The position numbers and the translations under genes were made by a program. The notes below the pieces were generated by a model. It had not been told where the DNA came from. It was given only the letters and a program-made list of their open reading frames with translations, and searched no databases. From Paragordius varius (lineage: Eukaryota > Animalia > Nematomorpha): DNA of 64,000 nt. This document shows, piece by piece, positions 1 to 11,349 of the stretch (positions are counted from its first letter, which is position 1; each line of letters starts with the position of its first letter). The DNA is taken from the NCBI GenBank assembly GCA_964247055.1, contig OZ176057.1, positions 248,001 through 312,000 on the forward strand, read 5' to 3'.

Positions 1-610
1 ATGGTATATATGGAGTAATTCCATACCCACTGTCACCCAATAGTGCCGCATTGGTATTGGCTAAAAAGGAACGTTTATACTTTTGCGGAAAATCCGGCTA
101 TCATGAACGCTTCCCGGCATTTTAACGTTTAAACTCGTTATAAATTCATCACCGTCACAGTTAAATTGACAATTAAGGCTATAACGGCCTTTTCGGTTGA
201 TATATTCGTCACCAAATTCCTTAGGCCTCATGATGTCAATGTGAGTACAGTCTATGACACCGATAACTGTTGGCATCTTATGATTCTTCTGTCAACGTTG
301 TTTAGCGTCTTCTAGTTGGAACTGGTCAGATGGAAATCTGATCCATTTACTAGCACTGTCACAAAATTTTTCCGCTACTTTAGATACTTTTTTAGTAACG
401 GTTGATCGTTCTACACCAAAGAAAAAATCCCCACACAACATCTAGGTGAAAGTGCGCCACCTCTTTTTTCAATAATATCATTAGGGAAATTTGTGAAGAA
501 ATCAATGCTTTCATCATTAAATCTTAACAAACGTTCCATATGTTGCAATATTTTTTGCGCTCCGATTTGTTTTTGAAATGGTTCATGTACATTTCTGTAA
601 TCAGAAAAAA
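1..610 (-). mobile_element. PIF/Harbinger (HARBI1-like, DDE_Tnp_4) transposase remnant, disrupted and truncated at the window start
   Basis: ORF 61..276 has GVIDCTHI, YINRKGRYSLNCQ and PGSVHDSRIF. The reverse complement of 1-60 gives LLGDSGYG. Upstream, FGVERSTV..WIRFP is the typical HTH region. Stops and frameshifts lie between the pieces. Confidence 0.8.
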
Positions 611-1749
611 ATAGAAGGATATTTTAAAAGGTTATATATGTATTTTTAAAATAAATTAACCTTAATTTATAGATATACAGGATTAATGACAAAAGTTGTT
701 CGGGGTGCGTTCTATTAAAGTAGATACGTTTATTAACGTTTAACAATCTATATAAATATACAAATTTACTTGAATTTAAATTGTATTTTTACAGATATCA
801 CCTGCCCTCAAATATACCTTTGTTAAATTTTTTAAGCGAAATTGTTATTTAGTGAGACTAATGTTGCTTAAAATAAATAATTAAGATATAATCTAAAATT
901 ATATATGTATTATACCTGTATTATGTTAAACTTGTAGTAAAAAAATATAAGAGTGTTTGAAGGGCGAATGGTTTCTTAAAAGCTATAGGTATACGGTGGA
1001 ATATTTAAAAATTTTAATATTTATTATATTTTAACATACCTAATTTTGAGTTTAAATAAATGCATATTGTATTGGGTGGTTATTCTTTGTTGCCTTAATC
1101 AATAAATTTTCGTTGTAAAATTTTAAAATATTCCCAGCATAATTTGAATTATAATAGTTTTTAACATTCAGAGTAGCGTATAAAAATTAATAAAACTTAG
1201 ATCGTGTAAAATTAAATATTCAATTTAGCTATGAAAATACAACATAGCAATAAAGTTAACTATTAATTTCATCATAGTAGTTTTATTTGAGTTTTAACGA
1301 TTTTTAATCAAGAATTTATAATTAAATTAAAATTTAACTTCATAATTGCTCGTTGTAGACAAGCTTAAAAAGTAAAGTTATCAAAATATTGATTTTAAAT
1401 TGTATCAAATTTATGTTTATATTGTCATATACTAAATGATGTATATATGACGTGTTATAATTGATTGTTGATTATTTAGTTAAATTTGAAAAAATGCATA
1501 AAATAAATCATTCAATATTAAAAAATCAGCAAGAAACTTTAACGATCACCTCTATTGTTACCCCAATTGAAGAAATATTCTCTCTTTTGAGAAAAATGAT
1601 ATACGTCAAAAGAAATATAGATAATCCAATGCTAGCTTTTAAATTAAGAAATCATAATCCTTTAGTTTGGTACAATAGATACAGATCTATAGCCAGTCGT
1701 ATGACATCCCGTATATGATGTGAAAAGAAAACTCAAAACATTGGTTTAA

Positions 1750-2640
1750 TTCCGGGGGCTTCGGAACTCGCCGCCACGAGTTTTTGGGCCCCCGCGAATA
1801 ATTTGAAAAAATACTCTACATATGCAATTCAATTAAAGCATCGAATGAGGATCGAGATTGCGCTTTATACTTCATATCAGGGGTGTCCACAAGTCGCCGC
1901 CACGACTTTCTGGGCACTCCGTGAAAACAATGGAAAAATAAACCAAATATAATAACCATATTATCCGCAATAAATAATATACGTAGAAAAATAAATAGAA
2001 TTCAAACCAATTCATTAAATTATTTTTTTATTTTTTCTGATCTCTCAGATATAATTGAACATGCTAGAAAAATTGATTGTCTTTTGCAGAAAACCATATG
2101 TCTATTTAACGTCTTTATTATTTAAGCACTTCTCTGCGAGGGTTTGTTTCATTGATACGTATATATATTAATCAGATGGCGTTAGGTAAGAAGAATGCGA
2201 CACATCCAATCAATTTACGATATCTTTCACTTGTTTAACTGTTGGCTTAGATCTCAAAATCGCTTTGCGTTGTCTTCTGGCCCATTATTGAATTGATGGT
2301 CGAAAACAATCAGTGTTTAACAGCATTTGTATTTAGGCTTCTAGCGGGATTTTAAAGTTATTACCAGACATAGACCAGCATTTATAGATAACTTATTTTT
2401 TTTCTAATAAGATTTATTACACCCGTCATAATTTGCTGCTATAATAATAGGTTGAAGAATAATTTTACTAGTCATTTTGTAGTTTCCGAGTGTTAGAGTT
2501 AATGTTTTTTCTATTCTCGTAGATTACATATTGTTTGTGATATATGTAATCATTCTACCAATTATATCAAAGTTGAGTTGGGACATCATCCAGTAACTCT
2601 TGCACTTGAGCTGTTTGATATAGCTAAGTTCGAACTTGAC
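1750..2640 (-). mobile_element. Possible hAT-like element remnant (terminal motif CAGGGGTGTCC at 1878, a related degenerate copy at about 1753)
   Basis: CAGGGGT termini are typical of hAT/Charlie elements. Two related GC-rich blocks (..tcgccgccacga..) lie 125 bp apart. The adjacent minus-strand sequence reads as a stop-riddled protein, with only weak resemblance to a hAT C-terminus. Confidence 0.3.
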
Positions 2641-2654
2641 ATTTAAAAACTTAT

Positions 2655-3193
2655 GTTTTATCCCAGACTAAATTTAAATTTATTTTAAAAAATTCCTGAA
2701 GGAAACGGTCTTAATTTAAATTTATGAATATATCCTGATAAAAGTATAATATGCCAAAATATCCTGATAAAATTTTGTTTTGAAAAAAAAGTTCCATCTT
2801 AAACTACTTCGACGCCATTTTTATTTAAAAAATTTTGCAAAATATCGCCTTCATTTAATTTTAAGGGTAAAACTAAAGGTAATTTTTTATATAAATCATA
2901 TCTAATATTGAATGAAATAAAAAAAACGGCTTATTATGTATTATTTTTTTAATTTTACAATTTGACACATGTCACGTTGGCGAAAGTTTTACCTTTCGGT
3001 TTTATTTTAAAATAAATATCAAGTATTTTTGAATAAAATTTTTTTATATATTTCGGTGTATTAATGGTATATTAATGCAAAATATTGCCATGGTTTTGAT
3101 TCCTTTCATACCTTTTAAAGTATTTGAATTTAAACAGGCCTGGGGTATCCAACTACCCCAATTTTAATCGAAGGACTAAAATGAATCCAAGTG
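2655..3193. mobile_element. Left-truncated copy of a non-autonomous TTAA-flanked (piggyBac-like) element
   Basis: Clear similarity to 53720-54050 plus 54975-55207. It ends ...ccaagtg|TTAA at 3193/3194. Confidence 0.55.
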
Positions 3194-3574
3194 TTAATCA
3201 TATACTTTAAGATTATAAAATTTATATACTATAGACAAATTTTCAATACGGAGTTTCACATTTTAATTAGTGATTATAGGATGTTAATCCTAATACGATG
3301 TGGATCCTAAAATTCCGTTATAACTTCTAACTTTTATAAATTGGCGAAGATGTGTTTTCCTATTTAAAAACTGCAGTTCAAATATTTTTAACTATTTCAA
3401 CATCAGTCACCAGTTGTAAAAGGTCATTTACCAAATTGAAGTTAATTTTAACATATGTGCCGACGATGAGTTAGTTTATCTGAATCACTTAACATGGTTG
3501 AGTGAGAAAAAAATTTGATATGATAGGTTCATGATATAATTGATTTTGCAATATCAAAAACCAGAAAAAAAATC

Positions 3575-3781
3575 CATAAAAGATATTGTTTTTAGTAAAA
3601 AACAATTAATTAAATAAATTTTTACAGAAATAAAGAAAAACAATGCATCACTTAATAGGGACGATGGCCTTATACTGTCTCCTATTTGGAATTATGTATT
3701 AATAGAATAACAATATCACTTTAATCAATCCATTATAATTATCCCACATCCATACCACTTATCAATATTTATGTCTTTTAT
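3575..3781. repeat. About 205-bp direct repeat, copy 1 (copy 2 at 5167-5371)
   Basis: cataaaagatatt...atcaatatttatgtcttttat is present twice with a handful of mismatches and flanks the LTR-element fragment. Confidence 0.9.
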
Positions 3782-4055
3782 GGTGATAGATTAGAATACA
3801 TCAACTTAGTTAACCTTAGACGAAACCAAATATATTAGATTTGAATACATTTTGATGACCTTTTATATATGAGTTAAACTATCAATTTAGTATTTAACCT
3901 GCACACGTTATTTTACCTTGGCTTAACATGTAAATATTGTATTCACAAAAAGTATATAAACATCGCAAACTGTATGTAGTTTAGTTTTTGCATTTTATCT
4001 TAATAAATCTTATTGTTTTACGCTTTCTTAATTTACTACATTTGGCGCGGTCGAA
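3781..4055 (+). mobile_element. Putative 5' LTR (TG...CA, 3781-4040) followed by a PBS-like motif TGGCGCGGTCGAA (4043-4055)
   Basis: It starts TG and ends ..ctaCA, contains TATATAAA and AATAAA, and is immediately followed by ttTGGCGC and the gag ATG at 4082. Confidence 0.6.
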
Positions 4056-4118
4056 TTTTTTTTACCTCATTACATTCGCGCATGGAGAAATTAAGTCTGG
4101 AAGCCTATGATCCCGCAA

Positions 4119-5167
4119 CTAGCTTTGATGACTGCATTCAAAACTTTTCATCCATGGTAACCCAAAAATGTTACCCCAATCTTCCCTAGTAACCATACAT
4201 TCCAACTGTTTGACCATACCATTCCATTTCACATCTACATCACATTGTCCCATCACCTCTACACCTTGCTGGTTGAATCCAAATATTGGACCCGCGGGAG
4301 CTAAGGTCGGCCTCCCAATCTCCATCCACGTGCTCTTCCCAATCAATGATATTTGAGCTCCGGTATCGTACAACATCCTTACCCAATGGCCATTCAGACT
4401 TGCTTGCGTTCGGGCTTCCTTATTATTATTGTTACCATTCAGTATATTAACGCGCCGGGAACACCTGCCAAAATGACTACGTCCTTTGCATCGGTAACAC
4501 TCCTTGTTTGAAGCGGGACACCAGATCGCATGCACGTATCCACATTTTCCACATTTTTTTCTTATCATCATAACCTGTCTATTTTCGGGACCCTGATCAA
4601 TCAAACAGCTGTCAGCCTTTTCGTACGCCATTGCCATTACTACCACCATCTCCAACGTAACCGGTTTCCCATCAACCATTGCATCTGGAAATTTTGTAAA
4701 CAGATCTATTTCCAATCTTTTGAGTTGTAACCCTCCAACAAACCCATTTCTGATTCTTAGCATTGCATCTGGCCCAAAGTTGCACCGGGCAGCATATTCC
4801 TTTACTCGAATCAAAAAAATCCATCACTGATTCCGTGGCTTCCCTTCGGAGTTGCGTAAACTGGAACCTGGCTGCAAACACATTGTATGTCGGAGCAAAT
4901 ATTTTTTTCCCAGCTGCTACCAAAGCATCCCAGCCCACTTCCTCTAACAGTACAGGATAAAAGAATTTCTTCAACTTTGGAATATGGGATAGACCAATGT
5001 AGGCCATTAGTAAGTTTTTTTTTTCGTCATCTTCTGGAATAAATTTCACTTTTAACATTCTCTTTATATAATCGATGTAATCATCAAAGCTAGTTGCGGG
5101 ATCATAGGCTTCCAGACTTAATTTTTCCATGCGCGAATGTAATGAGGTAAAAAAAATTCGACCGCGC
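4119..5167 (-). mobile_element. Ty3/gypsy (K02A2.6-like) gag-protease fragment, inverted relative to its LTR, with a frameshift
   Basis: ORF 4672..5169 is the gag N-terminus. ORF 4119..4814 has zinc-knuckle motifs (CGKCGYVH, CYRCKGRSHF) and an aspartic protease motif (LYDTGAQISLI). RT and integrase are absent. Confidence 0.85.
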
Positions 5168-5371
5168 ATAAAAGATATTTTTTTAGTAAAAAAAATTAAT
5201 TAAATAAATTTTAACAGAAATAAAGAAAAACAATGCATCACTTAATATGGACGATGGTCTTATACTGTCTCCTATTTGGAATTATGTATTAATAGAATAA
5301 CAATATCACTTTAATCAATCCATTATAATTATCCCACATCCATACCACTTATCAATATTTATGTCTTTTAT
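5167..5371. repeat. About 205-bp direct repeat, copy 2
   Basis: Matches 3575-3781. Confidence 0.9.
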
Positions 5372-5559
5372 AATGTTGTAAAGGTAATTAATTTTTTCGA
5401 TATACAAGAATTTTTGCTCTTACTGGTTTTTTTCATCAACTACCTATATCACACTATATAAGGCATCTTATTACGTTACAATTCATTTAATATTTTTTTT
5501 CGATACAGACTTTACTATAAAAGTCGAAAATTAAAATATATATTTTTTATATTTATACG

Positions 5560-7510
5560 CATTTCAGCTTATATTCTTTAATAAAGTAAAATGGCTTTTA
5601 ATAAAATCGAAAGTGTTTGGTTTCAGGTGGCAAAAAAATAAGAGAGGCGGGAATTAAGATGTGCCGAATGAAAGGTGACAGAAATCAGGTTTATAGAGAG
5701 GCATGGATGAAAGACGAAAAAATAATTCTGAAATCGAGAGAGAAAAGAAAAGCTTTTAAAATGTGGAGGTTCCCACCAAGCAGAAGACAAGAAAAAATAT
5801 AAAAGGATTAATAAGGAACTCAAAAGGCTTGTAAGATTGGTCAAAAAAGAAAAGACGGCATCATTATATGAAGAGTTAAACAGTAAGCAAGGTCTAAACA
5901 AAGTTTTTAAAATTGCTCGACAAAGACACAGAAGAAAGCTGGACTCGCCCCCTTACGCGACCGCTATTTAAGATAAAAACGGCAAATTACTCGTTGAGGA
6001 AGCGATAATATTGAAAAGGTGGAAAGAATATTTCCAGGACCTTAAATTGGGCGTCAGTGAAACAAGTTTACTTGAAACACCAGATTATATATCTGCGCAT
6101 ATTGAAAGTATAACAAAAGAGGAAGTCCAAGCTGGTTTAGAAGAGATGTCAATAAATAAGGCTGCATGTCCAGACGATATTAACATAAATTGTTGGAGAA
6201 TAATGTCAGAGAAAGGTATTAAATTTTTGACGGATATTTTTAATAATGTAGTTACTACAGGTATGATACCAGCCGAATGGAAGGAGAGTTTCATTGTTCC
6301 CAGTTTCAAGGGTAAAGGAGATATTAATAATTGTAATAATTACAGAGGGATAAGATTGATGTCGCATACAATGAAGTTATTTGAGAAAGTACTAGAGAAA
6401 AGAATAAGAAAAATGGTTAGTATAGAGGGTAATCAATTTGGTTCTTTTGATCCGATTCACGCAGTAAGAAGGCTAATCGTGAAGCATATATAAATGAAAA
6501 AGGAGTTGCATGGTGTTTGTGTTGATATGGAAGAGGCATTTGATAGAATAACCCGGAGCACAATATGGGGCTTAAAACGGAAAAAGGTCCCTATTCACAC
6601 CAAACCAACATTACACCAGGGAATATCAGGTCCGATTAAAATAAACGAAGGGGTCAATCATGGGTCTGCAATCAGCCCGTTATCATTTATAATATGCATG
6701 GACAAAATTTCAAAAGTAGGGCAACATGATGGCTGGTATTTTCTTTATGCAAACGACCTAATAGTGCTGTCCGACGAGCTGCATGAATTAAGAGAATTGA
6801 TGGGTAAATGAATTTATGTGTTACGACGATGCGGATTAAAAGTTAATAAAAAGAAAACGGAACTGATAAATTTTGGCGGGAAAAAACGTGAAACAGAATT
6901 AGAAGAAGAATGGGTATTAAAAGGTCCGGAGGAATGCAAATATTTCGGAGCGATATTAGCAGCAGATTGTTCTTTAACACTTGATATTAATTTAAGAATG
7001 CGAAATAGTTGGGCAAATAAAAAGATCTCAAGTGTTTTCTGCGACAAAAATATTAATCCAGAAGTAAAGGGTAAGATTTACAGTGCTGTTGTACAACCAA
7101 AATGATGTACTCACAGACATAGGCAATAAAGAAATCAGAAGAGAGGCACTTTGAGGTTACTGAAATGAGAATGCTTAGATTGATGTGCGGTGTAACGAGG
7201 AATGACAAGGTGAGGAATGTCTACACAAGAGGAAGTATGGAAATCAAACCGGTAACGCAAAAGTGGTGGTAAATCGTTTAAAATGGTTCGGACACGTTGA
7301 AAGAAGAAATAATAATTACATTGGTAAAAAGATTGATGATTATATTGTGAAAGGAGGGGAAAAGGCGCCCTAAAACGCGATGGATAGATACAGTTAAGAG
7401 GGACATGGCAAAACTGAACAAACGCGAAGACGCCTTACACAGGGTTCTATGGCGAAATAGTTTACGGATATGACCGCTCGAAAGAGTGATATCATATAAT
7501 GTAATTATTA
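5560..7510 (+). mobile_element. RTE-clade non-LTR retrotransposon, 5'-truncated and degenerate
   Basis: RT motifs KGDINNCNNYRGIRLMSHTMKLFEKV, GVNHGSAISPLSF and LYANDL (degenerate YADD). The C-terminal EMRMLR..GVTR and WFGHVERR-type motifs lie across several frameshifts, followed by a TAA-rich tail. The 5' boundary is approximate. Confidence 0.9.
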
Positions 7511-7879
7511 TAATTATTATTATTAATTATTTCATCAAATTCAATAATACAAAATTTTAATTTTTTCACCCTCAACAACCTCAAATCAAACCGTGTTGTC
7601 CTATCGTCGATCGCGTGCTCATATGCCAAAATTAGTTTCTAGTTGCTGGAACGTCACAACTAGCGAGTGGCACTGAGCACCCCTTAAATTCCGAAAATCA
7701 CCGTATGAAATTATAAAGGTTAGAAGTGCGAACGGTTGGGTTCTATATCTTTTCGACTTAAGAGTAACATCCCTCAAGCATAAATTATATACAAAAGTTC
7801 TGTTTTGTTAAAATCTAATTTGAAACTTATAGATATATTATTATTTTTTAAACTGTTGTTATTTTAGTTCAATTAATTT

Positions 7880-10500
7880 TCAACAGAAATCATTAGTATT
7901 ATCTTTCAACCTAGATCGGCTTCCCGATTCATGTTGCAACCCACCAATACGTCTTTTAACCCAATAAATTTCCGTTTCTGCTGAAAGAATCCCTATTACT
8001 CTTTCTTCTGAGAATATTTTTATCTGTTTAGCTAGGGGTTGATATAGAAACATCCAAGTTATCACATAAATTAGCGTTTATGCATCCTCGCAAAGTTGAT
8101 CCGAATATCTAATAATTATAAAGTTAATAATTAAATGTCCTTAAATTTTTTATTAATATTTGTTTTGGGATCTATAAAATTATGTTGACCCCTATCGATT
8201 CTTACAATTTGATACTGAAAAAAAAGTATTTTATAAATAATATAAAACACTCCGAAGTAAATATTTAGATTTAAATCTTCTATTAGCTCTATCAAATCAA
8301 CATCCCACAACAATGGCATTAACAACTTTAATCGCTCCATTTGGTTTTAAACTCACGTTTAACAGTTTTTTTAGTTTTTAATAGGCCCATATAATAGGTG
8401 CAAGTGAAAAATAAAGGAATTATTCCAAAACAGGTCTACAATAACATATTACTTTCTAGTGACTCCTACTGCAATGAATCACAACATTACAGATACATTG
8501 TTATCCATTAAGATTGATTTGATATATGATTTATCAGTTGATTATATTATTTTTAACTGTATGTTAAAAGTTGCTATCCAAATGAATGGCACAGTCTAGG
8601 CAAACAATAAATAAAAGTGTTCGAATTATATTTTATATATATTTCCGAAAAATTTATTATTTCCAATATTTATTTTATCACTGAGTCTAGCATAGGAACT
8701 TGCCGGTATTTATTAAGATTGCTCTTTGGACAATAATCTTTAGGATCTAACAAAAATGAAGGTAAAAAATTAAGTTTTAAAATTTACCTGACTCCATGTG
8801 TTTTGACGGGCGTGATTCATAGCCCCCAATTGTTCAAAAAGCATTATTATTTGATATAGTAGCGGCTATTGCCATAGGCGCATTCAGAAAAAAATAAAAG
8901 TAAAGTATTCAAATATTTAAACTAGAAAATTTATGAGCTTAGATTATTACAAAACCAATTCTGAGGGACTAATTCAAAAATAGGGTCTAGTCCCTGTCGG
9001 CGCATTAATCTATGATTAAATATTTTTTTTGGAATCAGAAACTTTTCATTTCCATTAAACAAAGCATCTTTATATTCATAAATATAAAGGAAGCCAAACA
9101 CATGTAAAATTACCCTTATTCTATACATTCCTAAGGTGTTTTAGGTAAATTATATTTTGCCATTCCAGGTTGTAGGTTATTTTAACCTAGAGGAAATCTT
9201 GAAATTAACCATATTTTCAGTATATACATAACTATATCTATATAACTGGAAATGATGTTTAAAATACCCATGTTAGTGACTTGTTGCATTTGCATTATTA
9301 ATCCTTAGGAAATGTTTTATTTTTGAACGGGAAATGAAAATATTTATTTAACCGAAACCAAAGTGATAAATACCGTAATTTAAACGGAAAATATACCAGG
9401 TAAAAAAAGTTACATTCATAAGCAAAAAACTTCTTAAGTGTTTTTTTACACCGATTTTTAAGCGTACACTTACTGGCTTAAGTAATCTTGTTCGACTTGC
9501 CACGCTTGGTTTACAAGTCAAGTGCGACTTTTTTATCACCCCACCCATAATTGGATAAATTGTCATTCGATAATTGTGTTTTTATAGATATTTCCTTAAT
9601 ATTAAGCTGATAATGGTTATTTTTGATTGAGAAACTGTTTTTATTGAATGGGAAAAGGTTTCGATTGACTGGGATGTTTCAATTGATTGGGAAAACGTTT
9701 TTGACTGGGAAATGGTAAATATAATAATATAACAATTGTTTATTAAAAATATACTAGCAACGTGCCTAACAAACTTTTAATACTTTATGACCTTTGTTGT
9801 CCGCATTGACATATTGGGTAGTTTTATATACAATCTTGTAAACTACATAGTTAAATATAATTATTAAAGTTTGTTTTATAAAAAAAAGTCTATATCTCTA
9901 ACATTTTTGTAATTTCTAGAGTCTAAAATTTGGCAGTTTTAAAACATGACTGAAAAAAACAGCTAATTTAACAATCAATAAATATCAAGTATTTTCTGGT
10001 AAAATATTTTTACTGATGTTTAGAGTTAATTAATTTTTTACCTCAATATACATCTATTCGCCCATTGTATTACGGATTTCAAAATAAGGAAAAATGGCAG
10101 CAAAAGGTTTATGAAGATGTTTTACAATTTTACATATTAAAATTTTTTTTTGAAACATGAGTATATTAAACTAGCCCAAAAGTTTATGAAGTGTCGAGAA
10201 CACTATATTTGAATATTTGTCCAAAAATGCTATGGTTTAAAAAACGCGTGAATATTGATCCATTTTCTATCAGAGAATTTTATATCTGCATTTTTTGTGC
10301 GTGTTTGGCGTCCGTACAATATTTCGATGTATATACTATTATATGTAGTATTAACCTTCTTAAATCCTGAAACCAAAGGCATTATTATAATTTTAATTAT
10401 TTCCAATTTTTACAGCAAAATATATAATATATGCTACACTCAAACCAGCCAAATATTTAAAAATATTAATTTAAACGTTTGATACATATTTGGTTTGCAA
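7880..10500 (-). CDS. Putative multi-exon protein-coding gene of unknown function (exon chain only partly resolved)
   Basis: Several GC-richer blocks bounded by GT/AG give open, joinable frames, e.g. SKTFSQSIETSQSIETFSHSIKT|LNIKEISIKTQLSNDNLSNYGW|AWQVEQDYLS and PLLYQIIMLFEQLGAMNHARQNTWSQ. I recognise no family, and the ends are uncertain. Confidence 0.4.
9648..9715. repeat. Short imperfect tandem repeat (gattgactggga-like), encoding SQSIET-like units on the minus strand
   Basis: Three to four related units are visible directly in the sequence. Confidence 0.6.
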
Positions 10501-10642
10501 AGAAAATATTGCATTGATATTTAACTTTATTAATCTATATTAGTTTAATACAATAAGACAACTAAGCTAGAGCTAATGTATATTGTAAAATTTCAAATAA
10601 CGAAGATTCCTATACGCGTACATTCGTTTAATCACCTTACTT

Positions 10643-11271
10643 ATGAGCCGTCTTACACGCTTTCGTCATGATTGGGATAAATTGGGGAAATTGATATCGA
10701 AGGATAAGATATCTCAATATCAAGCTTTTAAAGCACAGTCAGAAATGAATTTGACCAGGTAGCTTGTTTTTACTAATTTTAGAGTGTTATCATTGCCAGC
10801 CGAGTTACCACGTATCGATTGGTCTCAGTATTCAAAAAATTTAGATCGCGCGTATTTAGAAAAGATGCAAAAAATGGTTTGTTATAAATATATGTAGTAT
10901 GAAAATGCGAAAAGTCAAATTCCTTACCCAAAGGAAAACCTTACTTCAGAAATCAATAAATTAGAAAATGAGAGAGTTTAATTTATTTTTAATATTTAGA
11001 TGGAACAGAGCAAACGTTTTTGCATCGAATCAGAAGCCAGGATAGAGAATGATAAAAAAGAGGTTCAATTCATATGTACATTTAATTTTAGCTTGCGAAA
11101 TGGCAAGATATAATTCCGCTCGAAGATATGTTTGTGGAGGAAGTCTACGACGCTTTTCCTGACCGAACTTATAATGCTTTCGAGCGTCCGACAGTTATTC
11201 CCCACGATTATGGATTTAAACGGCATTTAGCAGACGTTAAACATTTGCATCCAGAACCGTCTGATCACTAA
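10643..11271 (+). CDS. ATP5PD: Mitochondrial ATP synthase subunit d, 5 exons (10643-10758, 10783-10876, 10898-10975, 11000-11062, 11092-11271), 176 aa
   Basis: The spliced product MSRLTRFRHDWDKLGKLIS...LPAELPRIDWSQY...IPYPKE...EARIENDKKELAKWQDIIPLEDMFVEEVYDAFPD matches the conserved subunit-d pattern (DW..., LP..PP.IDW..Y, IP.P, IP...M..E...AFP). The four GT-AG introns are 24, 21, 24 and 29 nt. Confidence 0.92.
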
Positions 11272-11349
11272 ACTTTTATATAGTGAATTTCGGCTTTTAG
11301 TACAAAATAAACTGTGTTTAAAAAATTTATTTTGCTATTCGTAATTCAA

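Noticed and set aside
1461-1718. 85-aa ORF as a gene
   Set aside because: It has only a faint resemblance to a hAT dimerisation motif and no other support, so it is most likely a decayed transposon or a chance ORF.
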